Source of the DNA: a virus
Lineage: Duplodnaviria; Caudoviricetes
DNA: 64,000 nucleotides
Reading direction: 5' to 3' (one strand)
Virus record (IMG/VR): IMGVR_UViG_3300006467_000134
Span: 41,609 to 105,608 of that record
This document shows, piece by piece, positions 27,486 to 37,325 of the stretch. The position numbers and the translations under genes are program-made. Below the pieces are notes generated by a model. It saw only the letters and a program-made list of their open reading frames with translations, ran no database searches and was not told the origin of the DNA. Positions within the stretch are counted from its first letter, which is position 1; every line of letters begins with the position of its first letter.

Positions 27486-30400
27486 CTAAGGTAAGGCAAC
27501 AGTAGTTGTACTTGTTGTAGGTCCACCGCCAGTGCAGTTAGCCTCAGCACAGGTAAGCCCTTCATACCACGTTCCATACAGGCTATCAGTACAATAAGTC
27601 TCACTTACATCTGGCTCACAGGCACCACCTTCGAATCCGTGACAACATGCTCCCAAAGGTGCGGTTGTAGTGGACGTAGTGGTAGTAGTCCAGCTTCCAC
27701 AAGGCTCAAAGCCTGTGCAATCTGAAGCACCATCCCACGTATAACCACTGCCAGTATCCATCTCACTGCAAGTAGATTCATTAACATACCAGCAAGTAAC
27801 AAAGCCGGTCACACAGCACTGACCCAGTGGAGCAGTAGTTGTGGAGGTAGTCGTGGTAGTCGATGTTGTGATATCTGGACCAAGGCTCCCGCAGTCAGTG
27901 AACTTGTGGGTGCCGGGCCGAGGATATGTGCCGGGGTGACTGCAAGGACATTCGTCAGGACAAGGATCTACAAGTAGCGTCCAACCATTGTAAGGTCCAC
28001 CATTTGCCAGCCAATCACACCGCTTGGAACAGTCTTCTCCAGCAACAGTGGTTGTACTTGACGCACACCATAAGTCACATTCGGAAAACTCGCCCTCGTC
28101 ATAAGGTATGGAGCGTTCACATTCTGTACTGACTACTAGGCAGTAAGCATAAGGATCATCAGGTATCTCTGAAGGTCTACGACAGTCACAAAAACTGCCG
28201 GTACACAGTCCGCAGATTCTTACCCATGCCTCGGATGCAGGATTCCAGATGAATACACACGGCTCCACCTGTGCACATGGAACATGAGGCTCAGTGCCAG
28301 CATCCCGTACACAAGTAGTGGCGATCTCTACTCCACACTCAACGGTGTCAGGGTCCTGCTCTGGCTCCTCACAACAGCATTGACTGTAATAGGTGAAATC
28401 AGTAGTGTATCCGTCTTGATGATCGCTACAAGTAGGCCCCTCTGTTAAGCAGTTAGCACTTGGAATAACAGCACTGTATCCATCACAACTGCTGGTTGTA
28501 CCTGTGCAGTCTGCTATCAGTACCCAACTCTTTGTCCCGCAGCCACCAATCTGGTATAAGGCTCTCCATAAACATTCTGAGTCTGTGCACGTTTCGCAAT
28601 CGCATGTTGATGAGGTGGTACTACAGTTATCTGGCTGAGGAATTACGTAACCAGTAGTACATCCTGTCTCTATAGTAAACTCGTCATAAGGTCCGCAGAA
28701 ATCAGGCTCAACACACTCACAGTAGAAAAGCTCACCGTTGACATTAGTCATCTCAATGTCGTCAATGAAGTACGTGTCTGAGGGAACGTCATCCGTGGAC
28801 CCAGCAGACCGCCGTAAAACTACCTCTACCAATGCACCGCCTTCTACAGTAGCATAGCTTTTCTGTGTCCAGCTAGAGGGAACTGGATCAATAACTTCCT
28901 GACTAACGCCATTAAGGTATACCTCGATCTCAACTCCAAGAGCAGAGGCAGGACCCTTAACATAAAAGGAAGCAGTTCCTCCCCCACTACCTACTGTGGA
29001 CTTCCAACCGAGAATAAACTCTTGCTCCTCGGTAGTATCTGAGTGGTCAATTAGCTCCGAGGTTGTTAGGCTGTTTGAGGTGCTGTTTGAGTCTGTGGCT
29101 GTTTTGATCCAAGCCTCTCCAGTATCATCTTCCTCATCCACATAATCGTACATGTGGTTAGTGTAGAAGGTAATACCGTCAGTAGCCCAACACATCTCAG
29201 CAAAGTGGTCACCGGTCTCACAGTCAATAGTAGCTGTATCGCCTGCGGCTGTTGATGTAGAGCTTGTGCTAGTTGTGGTTGTAGGGCAGCCGCAATCCAC
29301 AGGCTCTGGTACAACTTGCCCTTCAGACGTAGTAGAGGTTGTAGTGGTTCTCTTAAAACAATCGTTGTCAGTAAGAGTCCACTGACCATACGAATCGTAC
29401 CACGTCCACTGGCAAGAGCCTTCACACGGATCAACAATAGGTGGATCGTTCGCTGGATCGAGACATGGGTCGCTATACTCTGTAGTCTGAGGATTGGCTA
29501 CGTAAAACTCACACTCGTTTACCCTGTGGCAAACATGCCAGTTGTACTCTGCGTCAGTTTCAAAGATGTTGTAGACCGTCTCTCGCCGGATTTCCCCGTT
29601 CTCATCCAGCACAGGTACGAATTCCCCGTCCTGAATCTTGTAGATACAACAAGACTCACTGCCGGGAGTGGTGCCTGTTCTAGCTGGAATCACCGAATCA
29701 AAATATGGAATGCAAACATAGGCATCATCGTGAGAACCTACAAATACCTGCTTTTCAATCGTGACATCAAACGTTGCCGCTGTTAATTGATTCTCAAAGG
29801 TAATTGTACACTTCAAATTTGCCAGGTATGGCTCAGCTTCCTCATCCGCCGTTAACCCGGCGTCATCCTTCCTACAGAAGGAAGCAGTTACCATGTTTGG
29901 TTTTGGGAAATTTTCTTGAACGGTAGATTCCGTTGTGACTTCGGCTTCGATTTCCCAAGTCTTGGAAAGAATCAAACAAAGATCTCGCCCCGCTGCGTCT
30001 TGCTCAATGTAACTGAGCTCCAGAGAATAGACGTCTTCCTCGCAGAACTTAACGAAGTCTGGTCCAAGAATCTTTCCTTGGATATCGAAGTTCAAAGAGC
30101 TTTGACCAAGAGTGTCTGAAGATTGGGGGCAGTTATAGGTTACCTGATAGGTGTCAGATTTCCGAGAAATGCCACCCCCCGTTTCATCGATAGCGATTAC
30201 CTGCCAGTAGACAGTCTGACCTAAGCTAATGTCAGTGATTGCTGTCAAAGATTGGTAGGTGTTAGCTGTTTTTTCTTGGCGAACACTAGGACCCGAGAAT
30301 TCCGGATTGTCAGCCCACATCACAATGTAGTGTGTAGCGTCAGTTACCGATCCCCACACGAGAACAATACCCGTGGCGGCAAACTTGGACGTTCCCAGGC

Positions 30401-30527
30401 ACACAACCGATTGGTCCTTAGGTGCCAAAAGATACGGAGTATCCAGCACAATTTGGCTGGACCACTCCGCAGGTGTTGTAATGGCATCAGCACAAACTTC
30501 CTGAGCCATTGAATAATCGTATGTCAT
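27486..30527 (-). CDS. Cys/Thr-rich modular tail-associated protein (FN3-like N-terminus, mucin-like Thr tracts, Cys-rich repeats)
   Basis: LVWGSVTDATHYIV...VYWQVIA (FN3-like); poly-Thr linkers; repeated C-x-W...W-x-L...C and PLG(Q/A)CC modules; two genes after the tape measure. Confidence 0.7.
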   Translation of the reverse strand: MTYDYSMAQEVCADAITTPAEWSSQIVLDTPYLLAPKDQSVVCLGTSKFAATGIVLVWGSVTDATHYIVMWADNPEFSGPSVRQEKTANTYQSLTAITDISLGQTVYWQVIAIDETGGGISRKSDTYQVTYNCPQSSDTLGQSSLNFDIQGKILGPDFVKFCEEDVYSLELSYIEQDAAGRDLCLILSKTWEIEAEVTTESTVQENFPKPNMVTASFCRKDDAGLTADEEAEPYLANLKCTITFENQLTAATFDVTIEKQVFVGSHDDAYVCIPYFDSVIPARTGTTPGSESCCIYKIQDGEFVPVLDENGEIRRETVYNIFETDAEYNWHVCHRVNECEFYVANPQTTEYSDPCLDPANDPPIVDPCEGSCQWTWYDSYGQWTLTDNDCFKRTTTTSTTSEGQVVPEPVDCGCPTTTTSTSSTSTAAGDTATIDCETGDHFAEMCWATDGITFYTNHMYDYVDEEDDTGEAWIKTATDSNSTSNSLTTSELIDHSDTTEEQEFILGWKSTVGSGGGTASFYVKGPASALGVEIEVYLNGVSQEVIDPVPSSWTQKSYATVEGGALVEVVLRRSAGSTDDVPSDTYFIDDIEMTNVNGELFYCECVEPDFCGPYDEFTIETGCTTGYVIPQPDNCSTTSSTCDCETCTDSECLWRALYQIGGCGTKSWVLIADCTGTTSSCDGYSAVIPSANCLTEGPTCSDHQDGYTTDFTYYSQCCCEEPEQDPDTVECGVEIATTCVRDAGTEPHVPCAQVEPCVFIWNPASEAWVRICGLCTGSFCDCRRPSEIPDDPYAYCLVVSTECERSIPYDEGEFSECDLWCASSTTTVAGEDCSKRCDWLANGGPYNGWTLLVDPCPDECPCSHPGTYPRPGTHKFTDCGSLGPDITTSTTTTTSTTTAPLGQCCVTGFVTCWYVNESTCSEMDTGSGYTWDGASDCTGFEPCGSWTTTTTSTTTAPLGACCHGFEGGACEPDVSETYCTDSLYGTWYEGLTCAEANCTGGGPTTSTTTVALP

Positions 30528-30904
30528 TAACTACATCCGTCACTTGTGACCGAGACAATTAAAAGCTCACCAGAAACGGTGAAGAGGTTTAGTCCGATTT
30601 GTTTGGAAGACAGAGCAACCATACGAACAGTCCATTCTTCACCATTATACCCGATGAACGTCAAAGGTAAAGTGTCATAAGGGGCAACTCGGTTATAAAT
30701 GTCAGAAAACTGACATTTTTCGGCCTGGCATACCCCCTCACACTTAAAATTGACTGTTTCTCCACCATACCGGAAGGGAACGCATCCCTCCTGGTATACG
30801 TGGGTTTGAGCAGTTTCAGTCGTGGTGTACCGGAGCGTAGGAAAGAAATCATCGTATTGGAACTGCTGTGGCAGATCCTGCCCAGCAATAGTGGCTACAG
30901 CCAT
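30527..30904 (-). CDS. Putative distal tail protein
   Basis: 125 aa gene directly after the tape measure; beta-rich. Confidence 0.5.
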   Translation of the reverse strand: MAVATIAGQDLPQQFQYDDFFPTLRYTTTETAQTHVYQEGCVPFRYGGETVNFKCEGVCQAEKCQFSDIYNRVAPYDTLPLTFIGYNGEEWTVRMVALSSKQIGLNLFTVSGELLIVSVTSDGCS

Positions 30905-30913
30905 AAAGAGCTC

Positions 30914-33900
30914 CTAGATAAACGGTGTAATTTCATCCGCACTGGTAACAGTGATGTTGAAGATTCGGTTGTCATTAACCGAGGAACCACTTTGATCCGC
31001 TCGGGCAATAGGCGTATTTGCTGTAGGCATTGGTTGATTCATCTGGATTTGGAATCCTTGAAGATTGGCCTTAAATGCCTCAGCGATAGATTCACCCCAC
31101 TGAGCTCCTAGATTCGCTACGAACCCTGGATCCAGTAAAGATGCCTGCAGTCCAGAAACATTAATGCCCTGGGCTCCTGCATTAGTACGCTGAACATTCA
31201 GATCTGCATCACTTAAACGTTTATCCGAAATTGCTCGTTGGAGGTCAAGGACATCCTGCAGTTTACGGATTTGCTCGTCTACATTGACGCCGCCGATACC
31301 AGCAGCCTTACGCTGCTGGAGCAATCTTAGTCGATCTTCAAGCTTCAACTGCTCTTTGAATTCCTTTTTAGCCCGGGCTTCATTACGAGCCTGGATTACA
31401 TTACGGAATTCTAGGAGAGCATTGGCTTGACCAATCGTCTGTAATTGTCTAATCAGCTGATCAGTGATAGAGTTCTCGATTTCTAGGTTTTTGCTCTTTT
31501 CCTTGGTTTCCTTTTCTGCTTCCTTATTCTTCGCTTCCTGGAATGCAGCATCAATGGCTGCCAGGTCCTGATTAAGGATGGCATCAAGGTCGGCTTTGAC
31601 TTGGGCCTGGCGATTCTTGATCACCTGGTCAGTCTCACCTTCCAAGGCTTCGGCAACTTTCTCAAACTCTTTCTTTTCCCGAGCTGCGGCTTCCTCAATT
31701 AGAAGCTGACGTTCCGCCAGGTACTTTTGATCTTCATCAAGAATACCATTGACAATCTCACGTCTACGAGCAAGCTCGTCATCGGCAAGATCATCATTAC
31801 GTCGTTTACGCTCTTCAGCAATCGCATCTTCGAAAGTTTTGACGTCGTTTTCACGTTTCTCAACGCCTTGCTCCAAAGCCTCAATAACTTTCTGCTCTGC
31901 ATTTTGATCCTTAGCTACCTGCAATCGCTCACGTTCAGTATCCAGAAGTTCCTGGGTTTTATCCCTGAGCTCCTGAAGCTCTGTCAGGCGATTACCGCGG
32001 CTGTTTTCTTCGGCTAAATCCAGAAGAGCTTGATCAACCTCTGCAGCTTTTTCAGCAAGCTTGTCAGCTTCCGTACGAGCATCAGCGAAGATCTTAGCGA
32101 TTGCGATCAACCCTTCCTCAACGCTGGCAACAGTGTTCTTACTAAAGTATTCTGCAATTGCATCAGCTTGAGGAATAATCTTGTTCAGGAAACCAGATCG
32201 ATTTAGAATTTCCTCAATTGCTGTGTTGAGCTCAGGAATCGCTTCCCTAATCTGCTCAAAGCTTGACTCAGGAGTCAAGTTAATCCCAACCTTATTTAGC
32301 TCTGCTTGGTACTTAGCAATAAACTGTTTGAATGCCTCACCATCGTCACGACGGAATAAGGTTTGGGCATCACGCAGCTCTGCATAAACATCCTGTAGGA
32401 CTTCTGCTTGATCAAGTAGGCCTTGACGTTCGGCAATCAACTCGTCTTTAGGTTTCAACAGATCGTCGATTGTCTGTTCCGCACCTTTAGCAGCTGTCTT
32501 TAGCTTATCAAAAGCAGCGGAATACTTCTCAATCAGATCATCGACACCACTTGTAGATTGCCCGGCTTCTTGTAGTTCCATCCGTTTCTTAGCTAGTTCA
32601 GCAAGGCTGTCATTCAAAACCTGCATCTCAGCTTTAATTTCCGATAGTCCTGCTCGACCGAATAGATTTTCTAACTCATCAGCTTGGACACCTGTCAAAT
32701 CAGGGATCTTATTGATAAGTTCGATAACCTTATTAAGGCGGGTTTGTACGTCGGACGAAACATCTAGAGAATCGCTGAATTTCTTGAACTGCTTGACGTC
32801 CATTTTGTTCAGACGTTCATAGAGCTCATCCAAAGAGGCCAACGTATCCTGGGAACTATTCTCAACCTCTTCTAGTGCCGCGGCAAATTCACGAAGTCGA
32901 TCTACTGGTACGTAACCATAAGCAGCTGCTTCAAAGGCCGCCTGAGCTGCAATAGCTGCTGCCTTCCATTGACGGGTCAACTCTTGCAGAGCAATGATCA
33001 AACCGTGTACAGCTGCAACCATTCGGAATAGAACTTCGACACCAGTGTTTACAAAGTCAATGATCGCCGTTTTGTTGATTCGTAGAACACGTACAAACTG
33101 AGTCATCAGTTTGACAGCTTCTGTTAAAACAACTCCAACTAAAGCTCCAAATTCCTTAAAGGAATCAGTGTTTCGCTCACTTTCAAAACCAAGCTCAATA
33201 AACAGAGCTTGTAGCTCCGTTAGGAACTCTTTGAACGCGGGAACCAATTGAGCTTCAACTGTTTTCTGGAATTCTTCAATAGCTGGAAGGACAGTGTTTC
33301 CAAGAATCACACCAATCGAGTCCAAGACTTGATTGAACGTTTCGGCACTTTCCTTAACAGTATTGATTACACCAGTACCAAAGGCAGTGGTAATTGCTGC
33401 TGCAAATCCAGCCAGAAGCCCAGTTATCGCAATAATGGGCAGAGTGATAGCTGTCAGTGTCGCCCCAATCAGCAAAAGTGCTGGGAGGAACTCAATGCTA
33501 AGAGCTGTAGCTACGGCAGTAACAACAGATCCCATAACACCAATGGCTGAGATTGTAGATCCAAAGGCAATAACCAAGGGAACGATGGCAGCTGCTAAGC
33601 TACCCAGTAAAAACAGAAACGCTCCTGCTGCCGTTGAAGTTGCCCCAAAAGCTGCGGTGATCTTAGCAATCGTAGCTACAAGCTCATTGTTGCTATTAAT
33701 AAAGCTTGTGATCTTCGTAGTTATCTGTGTGAAGGTCTGTACAAAGATACGGATCTCGTCATTCACCAATCCACCAATAGTGATCTTTAGACTCTCAAAA
33801 GCACTATTAAGGATTTTGATGTCACCCACTAAGGTGTCAAGTTTGATCTGTGAAATTGTTCGAGCAAGGCCAGCAGAGTTTTCAATTTGTACATTAAGCA

Positions 33901-35359
33901 AACGTAAAGACTGTGAACCTTGGTTGATAAGAGCTTGCAGTGATCGGAAGGCTCGTTGATCAAACAATTGACCAAGTGTTGTTGCTCCAACCCCAAGACG
34001 TTCGAACTCTTCCACAATCTGTGAGATGCTGTTTCTCCGAGGGTCAATAGCATCGAAGCTTGAACCAAGTCGTCGAAGAACCTCATCAGCCAATTCGGCA
34101 TTTTCTACCAACTGGGTGAGAACTCTGGACAAGCCAGTTCCAGCGATACTTCCCCTGAGACCTGCGTTAGCCAGGACACCCAAGGCTGCAGATGTTTCTT
34201 GAATCGATTGACCGAATGCTGCAGCTGCCGGAGAGACAATCTTGAAAGACTCTTTCAGTCGATTAATATCTGTGTTTGCGTTGGTTACGGTAGCTGTTAG
34301 AACGTCAGCAACCTCTTTGGCACTGTCTGCCGTTAGGCCAAACGAACGAATAATCGATGCCATTAGGTCGGCAGCATCCTTAATAGATGCACCTGTAGCT
34401 GCTGCTAGTTGGCCAACGCCTTCGAGGGAGTTACTTACTTCATCAAACGTGAAACCCGCCAAACCTAATACTTGGGCTGCCTGAGCAATCTCAGTTGCCG
34501 TAAATACGGTTGTTTCTGCTAAGCGGAGAATCTCATTTGATAGTGCATTGATTTTTCCGATTGTTCTATCACTACCATCTTGCAATCCATTGATTACAGC
34601 GGTAGTATCTGCAATTGCTTGCTCGAACTCTGCGTTCGCTTTAGCAAACAATGCTATGAGTCCAGTAATAGCCACACCAATGGCCAGTAACTGAACACCT
34701 GCATCCCGAAGGATGAAACTAAATTGTCGTAATGAATACCCAAACTGGGTAATGCGTTGACCGGCTGATACAAGACTTGATGCTATCTGTGCTGCACCAT
34801 TGATAATGCCCTTGCCTAAAAGAGAAAAGGCCTTCCCCAATGACCGGAATCCCTTTCCATACTGTCCTCGAAAGAACCTACGGAAAGCGACACCAGTCCG
34901 AGCAAGACCTTTTCCAATGTTGCCAAAGCTGTCATCAAAGGCCTTTTTAATATCCTCTGCTTGAGCTCGCAACTCGTTGACATAGTTTGCCCCAGCAATA
35001 TCCCGTTTACGTTGCCGTACTTCGGTATTCGTCTGAGGTTGGTCAGCCGGCGAACCAGTATTGCTGTTTCGTTGGCCAGGTAGGCGGGCAATCTGTTGTC
35101 GGAGTCGTAAGATCCGAGTCAGAATACGCACAGTGTACAACAAGGCTCGATTTAGACGGTTAACGCTTTTGGTGACTTTGTTAACAAACTTGGCACCGTC
35201 TCCGAAATTAGCCAAAGCTGATTTTACTTTGATCAGGCTTTGGTATGTGGAGAGGGCTGATTGTCGAACTACTTTCAGAGCCGCGGGTACTCGGGCAAGA
35301 CGATTGAAGCCTTGTACGACAGCCTTTACTCGAAAGACAGCTTCACCTAGGTTAGCCAT
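30914..35359 (-). CDS. Tail tape measure protein (TP901 family)
   Basis: TVFTATEIAQA...LAGF, TNANTDINRLKESFKIVSPAA, LANAGLRGSIAGTGL; TM region; long coiled coil. Confidence 0.95.
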   Translation of the reverse strand: MANLGEAVFRVKAVVQGFNRLARVPAALKVVRQSALSTYQSLIKVKSALANFGDGAKFVNKVTKSVNRLNRALLYTVRILTRILRLRQQIARLPGQRNSNTGSPADQPQTNTEVRQRKRDIAGANYVNELRAQAEDIKKAFDDSFGNIGKGLARTGVAFRRFFRGQYGKGFRSLGKAFSLLGKGIINGAAQIASSLVSAGQRITQFGYSLRQFSFILRDAGVQLLAIGVAITGLIALFAKANAEFEQAIADTTAVINGLQDGSDRTIGKINALSNEILRLAETTVFTATEIAQAAQVLGLAGFTFDEVSNSLEGVGQLAAATGASIKDAADLMASIIRSFGLTADSAKEVADVLTATVTNANTDINRLKESFKIVSPAAAAFGQSIQETSAALGVLANAGLRGSIAGTGLSRVLTQLVENAELADEVLRRLGSSFDAIDPRRNSISQIVEEFERLGVGATTLGQLFDQRAFRSLQALINQGSQSLRLLNVQIENSAGLARTISQIKLDTLVGDIKILNSAFESLKITIGGLVNDEIRIFVQTFTQITTKITSFINSNNELVATIAKITAAFGATSTAAGAFLFLLGSLAAAIVPLVIAFGSTISAIGVMGSVVTAVATALSIEFLPALLLIGATLTAITLPIIAITGLLAGFAAAITTAFGTGVINTVKESAETFNQVLDSIGVILGNTVLPAIEEFQKTVEAQLVPAFKEFLTELQALFIELGFESERNTDSFKEFGALVGVVLTEAVKLMTQFVRVLRINKTAIIDFVNTGVEVLFRMVAAVHGLIIALQELTRQWKAAAIAAQAAFEAAAYGYVPVDRLREFAAALEEVENSSQDTLASLDELYERLNKMDVKQFKKFSDSLDVSSDVQTRLNKVIELINKIPDLTGVQADELENLFGRAGLSEIKAEMQVLNDSLAELAKKRMELQEAGQSTSGVDDLIEKYSAAFDKLKTAAKGAEQTIDDLLKPKDELIAERQGLLDQAEVLQDVYAELRDAQTLFRRDDGEAFKQFIAKYQAELNKVGINLTPESSFEQIREAIPELNTAIEEILNRSGFLNKIIPQADAIAEYFSKNTVASVEEGLIAIAKIFADARTEADKLAEKAAEVDQALLDLAEENSRGNRLTELQELRDKTQELLDTERERLQVAKDQNAEQKVIEALEQGVEKRENDVKTFEDAIAEERKRRNDDLADDELARRREIVNGILDEDQKYLAERQLLIEEAAAREKKEFEKVAEALEGETDQVIKNRQAQVKADLDAILNQDLAAIDAAFQEAKNKEAEKETKEKSKNLEIENSITDQLIRQLQTIGQANALLEFRNVIQARNEARAKKEFKEQLKLEDRLRLLQQRKAAGIGGVNVDEQIRKLQDVLDLQRAISDKRLSDADLNVQRTNAGAQGINVSGLQASLLDPGFVANLGAQWGESIAEAFKANLQGFQIQMNQPMPTANTPIARADQSGSSVNDNRIFNITVTSADEITPFI

Positions 35360-35549
35360 GTATCTCAATACCTTTGCTGGTTAAAAACTCTTTGAAACCA
35401 TGCTCATTAGCATGGTTCCCGGCACGGACTGCCTCAGCGAGGTATCCGTAGTGTTTGCTATTGTTCTTGATCTTTCTTTCGTATAGCACAAAGATCTGGT
35501 ACAGAGAAAGCTCTAAAAACTCATCTGCACCAAATCCAAGTTCAAGCAT
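35352..35549 (-). CDS. Tail assembly chaperone C-terminal extension (gpT-like), reached by -1 frameshift
   Basis: The -1 frame is open from the slippery site at 35648-35654 into MLELGFGADEF. Confidence 0.75.
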   Translation of the reverse strand: MLELGFGADEFLELSLYQIFVLYERKIKNNSKHYGYLAEAVRAGNHANEHGFKEFLTSKGIEIHG

Positions 35550-35569
35550 AGCATCGGCTAGGAATTCTC

Positions 35570-36049
35570 CTAAGCCGTAGGTTGGTCCTGTTGGTCCGGA
35601 CTCAAAAAGTCCAGCAGGGCTTGCGGAGCCTTGATCCCCGCCAGAGTAAAATTTTTCTTGATTGCTGCCACGTCATAAGTGAACCGGCAAGCAACAATAA
35701 TTTCACTGATATCAGAGAGTTGAATATCGTCGCCAAACTTGTCTTCCTTCTCCCCAATAGATTGGTAGACAAATTTCTTGACAAACTCAAACACTTGGTC
35801 GTTAGTTAGAAACTGTGCGATAGTTTCTACTGTGTCTTGGTCGCTGGAAGTATCCATAGCACTCAGAAGGTGCAAGAGATTGAATCCTTCGCTAATCAGC
35901 CTGGTTAGCTTTCGCACTCCCAAAGGCTTGAAGTCATACTCACCAATAGTCAGTTTGACTGGATAAGGAAGACCAGCTAGTTTAGCAGGATCAATTGCAG
36001 ATTCGTCCTGCTTGGTTGACTGGGCATCTTGGCCCAAATCCTTAGACAT
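35570..36049 (-). CDS. Tail assembly chaperone (gpG-like)
   Basis: Position between tail tube and tape measure; slippery site near the 3' end. Confidence 0.8.
   Translation of the reverse strand: MSKDLGQDAQSTKQDESAIDPAKLAGLPYPVKLTIGEYDFKPLGVRKLTRLISEGFNLLHLLSAMDTSSDQDTVETIAQFLTNDQVFEFVKKFVYQSIGEKEDKFGDDIQLSDISEIIVACRFTYDVAAIKKNFTLAGIKAPQALLDFLSPDQQDQPTA
35648..35654 (-). other. Programmed -1 ribosomal frameshift heptamer A-AAT-TTT
   Basis: X XXY YYZ pattern in KKNF. The -1 frame has a TGA just upstream and is then open into the 35352-35549 ORF. Confidence 0.8.
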
Positions 36050-36347
36050 GCTTATTACCTCGCTTCGAGTGATTTCGCAGGTGGTCACGCAGTTGACCCA
36101 TTTTCTTGTCGTAGGTCAAAGGTTCAACGCAAGTCTCGCCATTGGTATATGAGAAGATGAGAGAGTTAAGTTCCTCTTCAACATCGCGAGTATCATCCGT
36201 AGGGGTTACTTCAAAGACAAAGTAAAAGATATTGTCTTCCCCTGGGATTGGCTCAAGGCCGGCAAATCTAGTGTTTACAGTTAGTTGAGCCCAAAGAAAG
36301 GCTGCCTGCTTCAGATCACGAGTGTGATGTTTGTATGGTGTAGTCAT
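36042..36347 (-). CDS. DUF5659-like protein
   Basis: TRDLKQAAFL...FYFVF...VEPLTY. Confidence 0.6.
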   Translation of the reverse strand: MTTPYKHHTRDLKQAAFLWAQLTVNTRFAGLEPIPGEDNIFYFVFEVTPTDDTRDVEEELNSLIFSYTNGETCVEPLTYDKKMGQLRDHLRNHSKRGNKHV

Positions 36348-36379
36348 TTTCTACTCTGTAAGTCTTCCTGAAATGGAAT

Positions 36380-36426
36380 AAAAATCAAAAATCCTAATCT
36401 TAATAGTAGTCCTACGCTGAATTAGA
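36380..36426 (-). terminator. Possible intrinsic terminator after the tail tube genes
   Basis: TCTAATT...GATTAGG stem followed by ATTTTTGATTTTT on the minus strand. Confidence 0.35.
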
Positions 36427-36427
36427 C

Positions 36428-36784
36428 TTAGTAGATATACTCGAATGGAGCTTCTACGGTCAGATCGTCTTCAACGATGGTGTGGCCTGTTTCTGGGAAG
36501 GTGTATCGGACCTTCTTGTCATTCCAGTAGAACGCACCTTCGGCAGGACCGAAAGCACAACCACATTCACCCGAGTCACAAGGACGCGAGTCCAAGCTAT
36601 TGTCAACGCGGTAGTCACCTACAGCAGCAGACAGAATAGCTTTAATCAAACCAGATTCGCTCAACAGGTTGTTGGGGTCGGTGATTTGAAAATCAGCAAC
36701 GGCAGCAGGAGGAGGCGTTACTTCCGTAACGGTGACAGTCCAGCTGCTCAAGTCGATAGCTTTATTGCAAAGACTCATTATCAA
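36428..36784 (-). CDS. Hypothetical virion-associated protein
   Basis: 118 aa acidic ORF directly after the tail tube gene. Confidence 0.65.
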   Translation of the reverse strand: MIMSLCNKAIDLSSWTVTVTEVTPPPAAVADFQITDPNNLLSESGLIKAILSAAVGDYRVDNSLDSRPCDSGECGCAFGPAEGAFYWNDKKVRYTFPETGHTIVEDDLTVEAPFEYIY

Positions 36785-36795
36785 TTACCTTTCAA

Positions 36796-37314
36796 TTAGG
36801 CACAAGCGACAGTACCAGCGTAGGTACAACCATCAGTAACAATTCCGAACGTATCGGAGTTGTTGGGGTCTTTCATGATTTCGAATTCCATAGCCAATCG
36901 TACCTCTTCGGCGAAGTTCATTACGTACTCCGATTCCGAGTTACTAACGGCACGGTAGAATTCAAAAGTTCGACAACCACAGGACGGACCAGGTCCTTTG
37001 ATTGCGATAGTGTGCTCACTAGCAGCACAACCATCATTGTAGCCAAGGGTCAAAACAGATCCGACCAAATTAGCCGAGGGGTAACCCAAAGCAATTCGCA
37101 ACAGATCCAAAGTAACTTCCTGGGCGGTAAACGTAACGAAGTATTGTTCGCTAGTACGAACCGACTTCATGGTACCAGCGTACTGGTCACTTGAAACCGA
37201 CAAGAACTGAGGAGAGTACCGAACGGTACAACCGCCAGTCGTCGAGCCGATGTCAGTATCGTCGATACACACAGTGTACGTACCGATGATCAGATTATCG
37301 GGAGTGATAGCCAC
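36796..37314 (-). CDS. Major tail tube protein
   Basis: NLIIG...DIGSTTGGC.VRY...V..DQ pattern typical of siphoviral tube proteins; AGGAG before GTG 37314. Confidence 0.8.
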   Translation of the reverse strand: MAITPDNLIIGTYTVCIDDTDIGSTTGGCTVRYSPQFLSVSSDQYAGTMKSVRTSEQYFVTFTAQEVTLDLLRIALGYPSANLVGSVLTLGYNDGCAASEHTIAIKGPGPSCGCRTFEFYRAVSNSESEYVMNFAEEVRLAMEFEIMKDPNNSDTFGIVTDGCTYAGTVACA

Positions 37315-37325
37315 TACATAAACTC

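Noticed and set aside
36348-36427. Twister-like TAATTCAGC in the intergenic gap
   Set aside because: The other twister stems and pseudoknots could not be formed; it looks like a terminator
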